Positions 17,405 to 27,769 are shown, numbered from the stretch's first letter. The stretch is DNA of 64,000 bases from Chloroflexota bacterium (GCA_964291655.2 OZ219802.1:1792001-1856000); one strand, 5' to 3'. A program made the numbers and translations. The notes: generated by a model from the sequence alone, not told the origin.

Positions 17405-18298
17405 GTGCGTCACGGCTTTCTCAACATCGCAAAGCCTCCTGCCTGTACCTCCCACGACGTTGTAAACGCCGTGCGCCGCCTCGTGGGCCAGCGGCGCGTT
17501 GGTCACGCCGGTACCCTGGACCCACTTGCAACAGGTGTCCTGGTACTCGGCATCGGGCACGGCACGCGTCTCATCGAATACCTCGCGGCCACGCGCAAGA
17601 CGTACCGTGCCGGTATTGTGCTTGGCCGGACGACGACGACTGACGACAGCGCGGGCGAACTGCTGAGTGAACGGCCGGTAGACGTGGACACGGCAGCCGT
17701 GCCTGCCGCTCTACCGCAGTTTACCGGCACAATCGAACAAGTGCCTCCTGCATTCGCTGCCATCCACGTGCAGGGCACGCGCGCTTACGTACGGGCGCGG
17801 CGAGGTGAGACGGTGTCGTTGGAACCGCGGCAGGTGACGATTCATCGCCTTGAAATTCTGGACTTGCAACTCCCACGGCTCAGCCTCGAGGTGGAATGCT
17901 CCACCGGCACCTATATTCGCGCCCTGGCGCGCGACCTGGGCGAGACCCTCGGCTGCGGCGCCCACTTGGAATCTCTCACCCGTACGCAGGTAGGCGCCTT
18001 TTCGCTGCAGGATGCTATTCCTCTCGGCCAACTCGCGGACCGTGCGGCAGACCGGGGCTGGGACGAACTGCTGCTGCCTTTGGACTGGCCGTTGCGTCAC
18101 TGGACCGCTCGCCACTTGAGCGATGAAGAGGCGTCACAGGTGCTAAACGGTGGTCGCGTGACAGCGGATGGCACAGCTTGCTCAGGACAATGCGCGCGCG
18201 CCTACGACCCACAGGGACGCTTGATCGCGGTAATGCAAGCGGTGGATTTGCCGACACCACTCTGGCAGCCGGTGAAAGTGTTTCGCTATAATCCATGA
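17405..18298 (+). CDS. truB: tRNA pseudouridine(55) synthase
   Basis: GHAGTLDPLATGVL, CSTGTYIRALARDLG. Confidence 0.96.
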   Translation: MRHGFLNIAKPPACTSHDVVNAVRRLVGQRRVGHAGTLDPLATGVLVLGIGHGTRLIEYLAATRKTYRAGIVLGRTTTTDDSAGELLSERPVDVDTAAVPAALPQFTGTIEQVPPAFAAIHVQGTRAYVRARRGETVSLEPRQVTIHRLEILDLQLPRLSLEVECSTGTYIRALARDLGETLGCGAHLESLTRTQVGAFSLQDAIPLGQLADRAADRGWDELLLPLDWPLRHWTARHLSDEEASQVLNGGRVTADGTACSGQCARAYDPQGRLIAVMQAVDLPTPLWQPVKVFRYNP

Positions 18299-18375
18299 TG
18301 GTGCACGTAGTGACGGCTAATGCGCCAACACGTTTGCTTTGCTGAGCGAGAGCGACGGTAGCACAGGGCACAGAG

Positions 18376-18399
18376 GCGGGGGACAAGCCCCCGCGCTAC
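18376..18399 (-). repeat. GTAG-type REP family 1 (GCGGGGGACAAGCCCCCGCGCTAC on +). Further copies at 41056, 42921, 43895, 48831, 56688, 63608 (one change) and 63971
   Basis: Exact 24-bp intergenic repeats with an internal palindrome and terminal CTAC. Confidence 0.9.
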
Positions 18400-18459
18400 A
18401 TTGGGAACGGCGGTGTGCTGGCACGACACGAGGACATGAGCGTCGCTGCCATTCATCCG

Positions 18460-18482
18460 GTAGCGCAGGTTTGCAACCTGCG
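18460..18482 (+). repeat. GTAG-type REP family 2 (GTAGCGCAGGTnTnnAACCTGC). Further copies at 22095 (ATAG variant), 22138, 22182, 34186 and 40945
   Basis: GTAG tag followed by GCAGGT/ACCTGC stem. Confidence 0.88.
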
Positions 18483-18594
18483 CCGTATCAAAGTGTTGTC
18501 GGAGTATCGCGCCAGTCCGATTACGCCTCAAGACAACGAGGTTGAACCATTAGTCGTGCGATTTTTCAGGCAGGCGCAAGGATAGGCAATCGCA

Positions 18595-19554
18595 GTGCAG
18601 GTGTATTTCAGGGACCCTGAGTCACTTGTTCCAGACCGTCCCACTGTGCTCACTATCGGTAAATTCGACGGCATTCACCGGGGACACCGGCACGTGCTGG
18701 AGGCAGTAGCGACGCGGGCGCGCGCCAATAGCTGGCAATCCGCCGTTATCATCCTCTGGCCGCCGCCGCCGGAAGTCCTGCGACCCGGCGCTCAAATTCC
18801 TCGCCTCTCTACACTGGCCGACCGAGAGTCAGCCATTGCCGCCAGCGGCATCGATCTCTTTATCCTCTGGCCGTTCACACTGGAGCTCTCTCGGCTCTCG
18901 CCGCGCGAATTCATGCAGGTCTTGCGCGACCGTCTCGATCTTCGGGTGCTCGTCATAGGCAGCGACTTTGCCCTCGGCCACCAGCGCAGCGGCACGCCCG
19001 ACGTGCTGCGGGACTTGGGAGATGAAATGGGCTTTGAGGTAGTTGTTTCGCCGCCCTATGTGCATGAGGGACAGGTCGTCAGTAGTTCCCGGATACGCGA
19101 GCACCTGTCCGTTGGTGACGTGGGGCAGGCGGCGCGTCTCCTCGGACGCTGGCCGACGCTCACCGGTACCGTGGCGCGGGGCGCCGGACGGGGCAGACTC
19201 TTGGGCTTCCCTACAGCCAACCTTCACCTGACCGAGCCGCTCGCCGTGCCCGCCCACGGAATCTATGCTACCTTCGCGGCACTCGCGCCCACCGGCGGCG
19301 CTCCTGCGTACCCGGCAGTCACCAGCATCGGTGTGCGCCCTACCTTCGACGACACAGACGAACGGACCATCGAGACCTTCCTCCTGGACTACACCGGCGA
19401 CCTCTACGACCAGATGCTCCGGCTGCACTTTGTGGAGAAGCTCCGGGACGAACTGAAGTTTTCATCTGTGGAGGCCCTGATCGAGCAGATGGAACGGGAC
19501 GTGGCCCACGCCGCCGCGGTGCTCGCCCAACATGCGCTGCCAGGACTGACTTGA
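18595..19554 (+). CDS. ribF: Bifunctional riboflavin kinase / FAD synthetase
   Basis: IGKFDGIHRGH, VSSSRIR, GFPTAN, G.RPTF, LRDELKF. Confidence 0.96.
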   Translation: MQVYFRDPESLVPDRPTVLTIGKFDGIHRGHRHVLEAVATRARANSWQSAVIILWPPPPEVLRPGAQIPRLSTLADRESAIAASGIDLFILWPFTLELSRLSPREFMQVLRDRLDLRVLVIGSDFALGHQRSGTPDVLRDLGDEMGFEVVVSPPYVHEGQVVSSSRIREHLSVGDVGQAARLLGRWPTLTGTVARGAGRGRLLGFPTANLHLTEPLAVPAHGIYATFAALAPTGGAPAYPAVTSIGVRPTFDDTDERTIETFLLDYTGDLYDQMLRLHFVEKLRDELKFSSVEALIEQMERDVAHAAAVLAQHALPGLT

Positions 19555-19591
19555 GTCCAGACGAGACTGCGCCGACATCTTCTGTCATTCC

Positions 19592-19854
19592 TGTACGTGT
19601 TGAGTAATTCGATGACAGAATCCGCTTTCCCGTAGAGAGCGCTACAAGGACTTGCCAATCCAAGCGTAGCGTCGCGCAATGTTCGCTAACTTTGTCGCAG
19701 ACGCGGAATCTAGGGTCCCTGCTCAACGCACCTTAACGGCTACAGCACTCTAGATTCCTCACTCCGTTCGGAATGACATGAATTCAGCTAACCGCAGAGT
19801 CCTGCTCCCAAGATTCTTCTTCCAAGTCTGTCAATGAATTACCTGGCATCTACA
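19592..19854. mobile_element. TGT...ACA MITE (263 bp) inserted in a GTCATTCC repeat
   Basis: Ends TGTACGTGTTGAGTAATTCGATGACAGA / TCTGTCAATGAATTACCTGGCATCTACA; ATTCC duplicated (19587-91 / 19855-59). Confidence 0.82.
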
Positions 19855-20055
19855 ATTCCGAACGGAGTGAGGAATCTCAGCAGTCCGCTCTAACGAGCGC
19901 CGTCGTTCTGCCGCAGTAGTGCGCAAGCCTTAGTGCCGAGTGCTACAGAGTGGCGCACTGCCCATGTGCGAACGTGCACACCATCGTGGACAAGGCACCA
20001 AGGAGATCTTGCATCATGCAGCGCCTCGCATAGCAGATGTGCAACCGCCCACACT

Positions 20056-21993
20056 CTACTCCGGCTCTGTGCCGGGAGACTGCCCTGGGGCTTCAAAGCC
20101 GGGCATTCTCCCGCCGCCCGGTCGGCGGCGGCCAAACGGCGGCATAGGACCACCGGACTCGGCTTCAGGCGCGGATGGCGGCTCCGGCTCGGTGCGGAAC
20201 TGGATGCTGTGCAGCTTGGCGTAGAGGCCGCCCTGCGCCAGCAATTCCTCGTGTGTGCCGGACTCGGCGGCGCGGCCCTCCGCGAGCACCAGGATGCGAT
20301 CGGCGGCGCGGACGGTAGAGAGGCGGTGCGCGATAACGAAGCTTGTCCGCCCCTGGCGCAACGTGTTCAGTGCCTGCTGGATGAGCTCTTCAGACTGGGA
20401 ATCGAGCGAGGACGTGGCTTCATCCAGGATGATAATGCGCGGGTTCTTCAGGAAGACGCGGGCGATAGCCACGCGCTGCTTCTCACCGCCGGAGAGCCGG
20501 AAACCCCGCTCGCCGACCACGGTCTCGTACTTTTCGGGTAAGCCCTCGATGAAGTCGTGAATTTGCGCCGCCTTGGCAGCCTCTACGACGTCAGCTTCCG
20601 TCGCTTCCGGGTTGGCGTAGAGCAGGTTCTCCCGCAGCGACGTATGGAACAGGAACGGCTCCTGGGTCACCACGCCCACGTGCCGCATGAGCGACAAGTA
20701 TTGCAGGTCGCGCAGGTCATAGTCGTCCAGCCGCACCTGACCGTTCACCGGATCGTAGAGCCGGGGGATGAGATACGTCAGCGTGGTCTTGCCGGCGCCG
20801 CTGGGGCCGACCAGGGCGATCATCTCGCCTGGTTCGGCCGTAAACGTAATGCCTTGTAGCGCCCACGCCGCTTCGTCGTTGTAGCGGAACCAGACATCGT
20901 CAAAGGAAATACGCCCCTGTACACTGGCGACCTCCCGCGCATCCGGCGTATCGAAGATCTCCGGCTCCATGTCCAGGTAGCCGAAGATGCGGTCGAACAA
21001 CGCCATGGCGCCCTGCACGTCCACGTACACGTTTGCCAGTTGTGACGACGGCCCGTAGAGATTCCGCAGAAACGCGACAAAGGCGACAATGGTGCCAAGG
21101 GTTAGTTCATCTTGCATCACCTGGCGGCCGCCGAACCAGTAGATGGCAGCGGGGCCGATGGAGGCGAACAGGCCCAGGAACATGAAGAACCAGCGGCCCA
21201 CCATGGCCTGCTTGATGTTGAGGCGCAGCAGGTCCCGGCCGATGCCGCGAAAACGCGAGTCCGCGCGCTGTTCGCCGGAGAACGTGCGCATGAGCAGGTA
21301 GCCGCTGATATTCATCATCTCGTGCAAGAAGGCGCTGAGATCGGCTTGCTTCTCTTGGGTCTCGCGGGAGACCTGACGCCGGTAGCGCCCCACGCGCCGC
21401 GTCGGCAGCACAAATGCCGGTGTGACGATGAGGGCGATTATCGCTAATTGCCAGTTCATAAGAAAGAGCACGACGACCGTAAACAGCACCGTAAAAATGT
21501 TCGTGATGATTGAGATGATGGTGCCGGCAATTACGCTCTGCACGCCGGCGACGTCGTTATTGATGCGGGAGATGATCTCGCCGCTGCGAGTCTTCGTGAA
21601 GAAGCGCAGCGACATGCGCTGCATGTGCCGGAAGAGCTGCTTGCGCAGGTCGTAGACAATGCGCTGGCCGACCAAGGCGTTTAGGTAGCTCTGCAGCACA
21701 CTAATCAGGCCGGAGAGGAACGGCAAGGCAACCATGCCGAAGACGAGCAGGTTGAGCAGGCCGAAGTTTTTATCCGGTAGGGCGGTGTCGATAACGCTGC
21801 GTATGAGAAGCGGCGGAATCAAGCCAAGGCCGGTGACGGCCAGCACGCAGATCAGTATCACGATTTCGTGGGGCCAGTACGGCAGCAAGTAACCGAAGAC
21901 GCGGCGCACGCCGGCAGCCGTGAGCGCCACCTTGGGCTGGTCTTCGTCTGATCGGTACGGGCGGTTCATGTGCCACCCGCCGCCATACATCAT
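20056..21993 (-). CDS. ABC transporter fused permease/ATP-binding protein (exporter type)
   Basis: 6-TM N-terminal domain; GPSGAGKT, LSGGEKQR, ILDEATSSLD, IAHRLST. Confidence 0.95.
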   Translation of the reverse strand: MMYGGGWHMNRPYRSDEDQPKVALTAAGVRRVFGYLLPYWPHEIVILICVLAVTGLGLIPPLLIRSVIDTALPDKNFGLLNLLVFGMVALPFLSGLISVLQSYLNALVGQRIVYDLRKQLFRHMQRMSLRFFTKTRSGEIISRINNDVAGVQSVIAGTIISIITNIFTVLFTVVVLFLMNWQLAIIALIVTPAFVLPTRRVGRYRRQVSRETQEKQADLSAFLHEMMNISGYLLMRTFSGEQRADSRFRGIGRDLLRLNIKQAMVGRWFFMFLGLFASIGPAAIYWFGGRQVMQDELTLGTIVAFVAFLRNLYGPSSQLANVYVDVQGAMALFDRIFGYLDMEPEIFDTPDAREVASVQGRISFDDVWFRYNDEAAWALQGITFTAEPGEMIALVGPSGAGKTTLTYLIPRLYDPVNGQVRLDDYDLRDLQYLSLMRHVGVVTQEPFLFHTSLRENLLYANPEATEADVVEAAKAAQIHDFIEGLPEKYETVVGERGFRLSGGEKQRVAIARVFLKNPRIIILDEATSSLDSQSEELIQQALNTLRQGRTSFVIAHRLSTVRAADRILVLAEGRAAESGTHEELLAQGGLYAKLHSIQFRTEPEPPSAPEAESGGPMPPFGRRRPGGGRMPGFEAPGQSPGTEPE

Positions 21994-22094
21994 GCGCGCC
22001 GCTCCGTATTGGTTACGTGCCTACGTCTTGCCATGTGCAGTCTCAAGCTTCTCGCCAACGGCAGCCTGGGTAGCCGCACAATCCACGTCCTCCG

Positions 22095-22204
22095 ATAGCG
22101 CAGGTCTGCAACCTGCAACGACAAAACCATTCATCCGGTAGCGCAGGTTTATAACCTGCAACGACAATTCCCAATCCCCCGGTAGCGCAGGTTTGTAACC
22201 TGCG
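22095..22204 (+). repeat. Tandem cluster of three family-2 REPs at 43-44 bp spacing
   Basis: Copies start at 22095, 22138 and 22182. Confidence 0.85.
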
Positions 22205-22611
22205 TCCCATCCGGTTGTTACGTGACCTGAAAGGCCCGCAGCCACACCTACCTAGCAGCGCATGACTACCCGTGCACCCGGCTTGGATTCGCGCAGACTC
22301 CTATGGCCGCGCAAACTCGCAATCCTCTCCGTAATCCAACTGAGCGGACGAGCAACCATGCAAGCGCCTGCTACGTCTATATTAACCATTACGTGAATGT
22401 TGCACAATGATAATGCAGAGGTAAGGAGCAAGGAATGCATGGCAGCGCCGCGCCAAGCGATATGGGACAACACGGCAGAGCCAGGGGAGAATAATAGAGA
22501 AGACGGTCACCCCGTCGCCGCTGAATCCGGCGGATGCCGGAGCCGGGAATGCGGTGGAACTGAATTGCGGCGCTCAGCGTGCAGGGACTGGCACTCTCCC
22601 GCATTAACGGC

Positions 22612-22639
22612 GTAGGGGCACGATATATCGTGCCCCTAC
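22612..22639. repeat. Perfect 28-bp GTAG...CTAC palindrome (REP-like)
   Basis: GTAGGGGCACGATATATCGTGCCCCTAC. Confidence 0.85.
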
Positions 22640-22670
22640 GCCATCAATCGTCATTGGGGGAAGAGACGGC

Positions 22671-22928
22671 TTATGGGTGTTCTTCTTTGCTCGCTTCCCC
22701 GCGCCTGAGCATGTCTCGCAAGCCCTCGAACAACCCTTCCAGGCGGGCCACACGCTGCTCAAGATTGGAAACGCGAATGCCCAGTTCGTGTACGCGCGTA
22801 CTTATTTCGCGTATTTCCGCGCGGAGCTCGTTGCGCAGGTTATTCTGTCCATGCGTAACGAACGTGGCAACCGCAATGGCTGCCAGCACGACGGTGGCGA
22901 TTGTGGCCCAGAACTCGTAGTTTTCCAT
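22671..22928 (-). CDS. Small single-TM coiled-coil protein
   Basis: RBS GAGGAG; N-terminal TM helix then heptads ending RVARLEGLFEG. Confidence 0.8.
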   Translation of the reverse strand: MENYEFWATIATVVLAAIAVATFVTHGQNNLRNELRAEIREISTRVHELGIRVSNLEQRVARLEGLFEGLRDMLRRGEASKEEHP

Positions 22929-22973
22929 TTGCTACTCCTCATGCAAATGGTACCACAACAATGCCGGAAACGG

Positions 22974-23336
22974 TCAGAAAATGTCGCTGATCTTCTTGCC
23001 GGAGTAGAAGACGTTGATGACGACGTTCGCTGCCCAGACGAGGCCAACTCCCAGAATTCCCGCACCGTAATCAAGCACGATCCCAGTCGCCGGAATTGCG
23101 AAGACGAGCGAGCTAATGGGGACGGCGGGCGACACGCTTTTCGGTTTGACGTCCTGCAGCCGCGCTTCCACGCGGCGGTCTATCACGCCGTCGAGTCGCT
23201 CAATGAGCATGTCGGTCAGTTCCTCGTTGTATTCCGCGCCGAGTTCCTGCCGCGCCGAGAGGATAGCGTCCAGTTCCTCCCGGGTGCCGTCCGCTTTTTT
23301 GCGCTCATCTTTGTTGTGCCCTGCACTGCTGCTCAT
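22974..23336 (-). CDS. Small 2-TM hypothetical protein, paralog 3
   Basis: EELDAILSARQELGAEYNEEL..LIERLD.VIDRRVEARL, then two TM segments. Confidence 0.85.
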   Translation of the reverse strand: MSSSAGHNKDERKKADGTREELDAILSARQELGAEYNEELTDMLIERLDGVIDRRVEARLQDVKPKSVSPAVPISSLVFAIPATGIVLDYGAGILGVGLVWAANVVINVFYSGKKISDIF

Positions 23337-23465
23337 GCTCTCTGTCCCATTTGTTCGCTGCCAAAGTGCTCGCTATGGCACGCTCTATGTTTAATTTTCC
23401 AACTGCCCAACTTACAGACGTGACACGGAAGTAGCTTGGGGAAAGCCGCGCTTGTGCCGGAAACG

Positions 23466-23828
23466 CTAGAAGATATCGCCAAGCTTCTTACCTGAATATA
23501 GAACATTGACAATGATCAACGCGGCCCAGACGATGAGAACTCCCCTAATGCCAAGCATAGCGGCCGCAATCGCGGTCAAGGGAATTGCAAGAGCAAGAGT
23601 CGTAATCGGCACGGCCGGTGAAAGAGAACTCTTTGGGGATTTATCCAGACGCGCTTCCACGCGGCGGTCGATCACGTCGTCCAGCCGCTCCATCAGCATG
23701 TCCGCCAGTTCTTCGTTGTACTCGGTGCCGAGTTCTTGCCGCGCGGAAAGGATGGCGTCCAATTCCTCGCGGGTGCTCTTAGCCTCTTTGCGTTCTTTCT
23801 TGTCCTTGTCTTTCCCGCTCTTGCTCAT
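23466..23828 (-). CDS. Small 2-TM hypothetical protein, paralog 2
   Basis: Close paralog of 22974-23336; likely start MSKSGK at 23828. Confidence 0.85.
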   Translation of the reverse strand: MSKSGKDKDKKERKEAKSTREELDAILSARQELGTEYNEELADMLMERLDDVIDRRVEARLDKSPKSSLSPAVPITTLALAIPLTAIAAAMLGIRGVLIVWAALIIVNVLYSGKKLGDIF

Positions 23829-23992
23829 GGTCTGCTTCCCTCTGGCCTGGACTAATCGTTTTCGTTTTGGCAGGCATCCCGCCAATTGCCAATCGCGGTA
23901 AGCCCTGAATTTCTGTCGGCGCGGACGAGTGCTCGCAGTATTAGTTGCCCTGCCGTCGTGCCGGCGCACCGATGCGTCCGGCAGTGTCAGCC

Positions 23993-24352
23993 CTAGTCTC
24001 GTCTGTTTACGGCCCAGATAACGTTGAGTATGATTATGGCGATCCAGGGAGAAAAAATTACAAAGGAGGATGCAAAAGGACCCACAATGGCGCCAGCTAT
24101 GGCCATGGCCGGCAGACCGGCAATGAGTGACAGGACCGGCAGGACCAAGGGCGACGCGCTGCCCTTGCGGTTCTGGATACGGGCCTCGATGCGTTGGTCG
24201 ATGGTGGCGTGCAAACGCTCGACAAACGAGTCGGCCAGTTCGGTGCCGAAACGCTCACCCAGCTCCTGATGCGCGGCAACCATGGCCTGCACCTCTCGCC
24301 GTAACTGCGCATCGCTCGGTGGCTCCTGCTTTTCCGACTCTACCGCAGCCAT
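23993..24352 (-). CDS. Small 2-TM hypothetical protein, paralog 1
   Basis: AAHQELGERFGTELADSFVERLHATIDQRIEARI, then two TM segments. Confidence 0.82.
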   Translation of the reverse strand: MAAVESEKQEPPSDAQLRREVQAMVAAHQELGERFGTELADSFVERLHATIDQRIEARIQNRKGSASPLVLPVLSLIAGLPAMAIAGAIVGPFASSFVIFSPWIAIIILNVIWAVNRRD

Positions 24353-24553
24353 AGACCACCCTTCGAAATCTTTAACTATATTCGCCCATTTGTCTAGATT
24401 TCAGACGTTGTAACTTGAAATGTTAGAAGAGTATTGCAAGCCTCTTAAGTTAAGGGATATACCACACACCGTCGGACAGTGCAACTTATCTGGCGGCGCT
24501 CCGCGAAGGTTTACGCAACAAAGTGCTCGCACACCTTCGCGCGGGGATTGAGC

Positions 24554-24621
24554 AAATTGCGAAGACTGCGCAAATTGCGAAAACTGCGTAATGTGCGAAA
24601 ACTGCGCAGAATGCGAAGACT
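24554..24621. repeat. Degenerate 9-bp tandem repeat (about 7.5 units, consensus AAAYTGCGM)
   Basis: aaattgcga agactgcgc aaattgcga aaactgcgt aatgtgcga aaactgcgc agaatgcga agact. Confidence 0.85.
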
Positions 24622-25627
24622 AGAGCTTTACAACGCTGCCGGTGCGGCTGGCCTCGTAGGCGGCCAGAATGATGCGCAGGTTCATCAGGCCGTCCGCAGC
24701 GGTGGTCGGCACGGGGCCTTTGCCGTCCAGGGCATCACAGTACTCAGTAAGTATGGAGGTAAACCCGTCGGCGCCTGATTGTAAAGGCTTGGGATACTCA
24801 CAGTGGTCTCCCTTCCAAAGCTCGATGGGGTGTTCCGCATTGCCCCTGAGCAGGATCGACCCCTCTGATCCCTGCACTTCGCGGGCCGGCATGCTTCGGT
24901 CCGCGCCCCAGCCGTTCTGGATGGAGGTGATTGCGCCGCTTTCGTGACGCAGCAATGCCAGGGCGGTGTCTTCCACTGAGAAATCGCGGGCAAAGGTGCC
25001 CACCGCGCCAAATACCTCTTTGACCTCGGACTGCAGCACGTACCGCGCCAGATAGATACTGTGATAGCCGTTGTCGAGCAAGGCGCCGCCCCCGCCGCGA
25101 CCGGCATCGGCCCGCCAGCTAGGATCATACGCCGCCGTGCCCAGATAGTGATAGTCGCCGAAACCCTCGTACCGCACCAGGTAGGGCGTGCCGATGGCGC
25201 CTGCGTGCACCAACTCCACGACCCGGGCGGGTACACTCTGGCGGGAATAGTTGTGGATGAGTGAGAAGACGATGCCGGCCTTTTCGATGGCGGCGATCAT
25301 TTCCAAAGCCTCGTCCTCGCGCGCGGCGATGGGCTTCTCCAGCAGGATGTTGTGTCCCGCCTCAGCCGCGGCTAGCGTGGCCGGATGGTGCAGGTGGTGG
25401 GGCAGGCAAATATCCACGAAATCCAGATCGTCACGGCCGAGTAATTCATGATAGTCGTCGTAGCGCGATTCGGCTGGAATTTGGAATTGCTCGCCCAGCA
25501 GGTCGCGCCGCTCCACGGCCGGGTCCGCCACCGCGACGACGCTGAGACGGTCCGCCAGTGCTGTATAGGCGCTTTGGTGCCCTCTGGCGGCAATTTGGCC
25601 GCAGCCGATGATGCCAACACGTTTCAT
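24620..25627 (-). CDS. Gfo/Idh/MocA family oxidoreductase
   Basis: GIIGCGQIA, LEKPIA, GGGALLDNGYH. Confidence 0.93.
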   Translation of the reverse strand: MKRVGIIGCGQIAARGHQSAYTALADRLSVVAVADPAVERRDLLGEQFQIPAESRYDDYHELLGRDDLDFVDICLPHHLHHPATLAAAEAGHNILLEKPIAAREDEALEMIAAIEKAGIVFSLIHNYSRQSVPARVVELVHAGAIGTPYLVRYEGFGDYHYLGTAAYDPSWRADAGRGGGGALLDNGYHSIYLARYVLQSEVKEVFGAVGTFARDFSVEDTALALLRHESGAITSIQNGWGADRSMPAREVQGSEGSILLRGNAEHPIELWKGDHCEYPKPLQSGADGFTSILTEYCDALDGKGPVPTTAADGLMNLRIILAAYEASRTGSVVKL

Positions 25628-25792
25628 AGTTTAGGAATCCTTCATGGTGTCCAAGGCCACGACACGAGACCGTAATTCCATCGTAGCAACAGGAGCGCGG
25701 CGGAGTTCCCGTCACCGTTCGTGCTGAGTGGGCTTCGCGAAGCTCTTGTCAAAGCATGATCGGTGACTGTTCGCCACCAGCACATTCTCTTA

Positions 25793-26641
25793 CTACCCCA
25801 CCGGCAGGTTCAACTCCTGTTCGACGAAGGCTTTATTCGTCGCGGCGCTGTCCTTGGGTGTGGAGCGAGAGCGGTCGAGCTCGATCATGAGCCAGCCGGC
25901 GTAACCGCTCTCCTGAAGTTCCTGGACGCAATCTTTCACGTGCACCACGCCGGTGCCGAGTTCCACGAAATCGGGCAGGATAGCGGTTGCCGCATCGGCG
26001 CCCTGGGCCGGCTCGGTCTGCGAATCGGCAAATGCCTGTGGATCCCAATCCTTAAGGTGCACGTACTTCACGCGGTCGGCATAGGCTCGCACTACTGACA
26101 CCTCATCGCCGCCGCCTTTGCGCAGGTGCGCGGTATCGGGGCAGAGGAAGACGTAGCGCGGGTCGGTGTAGTCCATCATGATGTCGATCTCTTCCTCCGT
26201 TTCCACTGTGGTGGCGTAGTGCGGGTGGTAGCAGGCCAGCACGCCGTAGTCCAGGCAGCGGCGGCCGATCTCGTCCATGCAGTGGGCCTGGTTGAGCAGT
26301 TCTTCGTCGGATGGGCCGCCCGGCGCGCGCGAACCGCCGCCCAAGACCAGCCGGTCAGCCCCATGAGCCGCCAGGAATTTGGCAAAGCCCACGTTGCGGG
26401 CAACCATTTCGTCCATGCGGTGGGATTCATTCATAGGGCCGCCGCCATAGACGGTGACAAGCTCTAGACCCCGTTGCGCTATGAGGTCCTGAAACTCGCT
26501 GACCCTACTGCCGTACGTGTCCACCACCGCCGCGAAGGTCTCAAAGCCCTTGAATCCCAGGGCGGCAATCTCGTCCAACGCCAGTTCGAAGCCATCCATG
26601 CCCCACGTGATTGTATGGTATCCGACCCGAATGTCTGCCAT
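25793..26641 (-). CDS. Sugar phosphate isomerase/epimerase TIM-barrel protein (IolE-like)
   Basis: YHPH.AT.VE, PDTAHL, VHLKD, ELGTG, WLMIELD. Confidence 0.88.
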   Translation of the reverse strand: MADIRVGYHTITWGMDGFELALDEIAALGFKGFETFAAVVDTYGSRVSEFQDLIAQRGLELVTVYGGGPMNESHRMDEMVARNVGFAKFLAAHGADRLVLGGGSRAPGGPSDEELLNQAHCMDEIGRRCLDYGVLACYHPHYATTVETEEEIDIMMDYTDPRYVFLCPDTAHLRKGGGDEVSVVRAYADRVKYVHLKDWDPQAFADSQTEPAQGADAATAILPDFVELGTGVVHVKDCVQELQESGYAGWLMIELDRSRSTPKDSAATNKAFVEQELNLPVG

Positions 26642-27115
26642 GTTTGAAAACTCCCTTTGGGTTGCTCTCCCGCCAAGCGACGGCCTGCACTCATGTATTC
26701 CAGTACGAGTCCTGACGACTACGCATCATTATAGTAGCAGCGAACACCCTCAGGAGCGCGCCGAGCCGGGGAGATCAGACGCTTGTGTGATTGCTGCCCT
26801 GCTATACTACAAGACAAGCTGACAAGCGTCCGCCCACGTGTGGTTGGGACGCCGCGGGCGCAGCGCAGAGTCAGTCGGTTGTGTTGCGTTTCAATATTGC
26901 GTGCAATTGGCGTCAAGCGGTCGGATCTGCAGTGGTCACCCTCGTCTACTCCCTGCGGAGTGTGACGTACGCCCACGATTTCCCCTCAGTGCGGGCTAGC
27001 CAGCAGGTAGGGAGTGCCTGCATGCGCGCGCCGGAGTTGTCCGGAAATGGGTTTTCATTCGCGGTGTCAGCAATTGCTTTGCACAAGCAGAGGTACTGGT
27101 GAAAGGAATGGAACG

Positions 27116-27769
27116 ATGAGACTTCTGTCTCGTGTGCCGGGTTTCTTACTGGCCCTGGTGTTGCTTGGCGCTTCGCTGATGACGTTGTCGGCCTGTATAG
27201 TTTCTGACACGCTCTCCATGGGCGACGCGGTGGAGGAGCCGGCTACGAGGAGCAACTCGTTCGCTACGGCCACCTTTGGCCCCGGCGCTGTTGTTCACAT
27301 TGTGCGCAAAGACACCGGCGAGGAACTCACGATTCGCTCGGGTGGCTACCTGCGTCAGGCTGACTCCGGCGACGGCCGCGGCGGTCAGACATATCGCATC
27401 GATGGCTCTGACGGTGACATAGTCCGGCGTTGGTTAGCGCCTGACGACCCTGAAGTCAGATACATTCCCTGGGCTTTGCTCATCGAGAACTACACCGTGC
27501 CTGAAGGTGTCCTGGCCCTCATCCCGTTGGATGACAAGAATCCCGTGCCCTACCAGTTGGTGCAAGCTTATGGGGACGACAGAGTCTATGTGTTCACCCC
27601 GACTGGTGGGTGGCGATGGATCCCCGACCTCGCGACCTTTACGGCAAACGGCTTCTACTGGTGCGACGTGAGTACAGGTGACGCTGAGTTCTTCACCCGT
27701 GTCACGAAGGGGGACCCATTGCCGCTGAGGGCGGAAGTCCCCAACCACCCGGGTTGCCACAACACATAG
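27116..27769 (+). CDS. Hypothetical lipoprotein
   Basis: RBS AAGGA; signal peptide ending LSAC. Confidence 0.75.
   Translation: MRLLSRVPGFLLALVLLGASLMTLSACIVSDTLSMGDAVEEPATRSNSFATATFGPGAVVHIVRKDTGEELTIRSGGYLRQADSGDGRGGQTYRIDGSDGDIVRRWLAPDDPEVRYIPWALLIENYTVPEGVLALIPLDDKNPVPYQLVQAYGDDRVYVFTPTGGWRWIPDLATFTANGFYWCDVSTGDAEFFTRVTKGDPLPLRAEVPNHPGCHNT

Noticed and set aside
22095-22204. Mini CRISPR array
   Set aside because: The units are GTAG REP palindromes that also occur singly elsewhere; the spacers are about 20 nt.
24479-24778. Cationic KLRRLRKLR peptide gene
   Set aside because: It is a by-product of the 9-bp repeat, overlaps the oxidoreductase antisense and has no convincing RBS.
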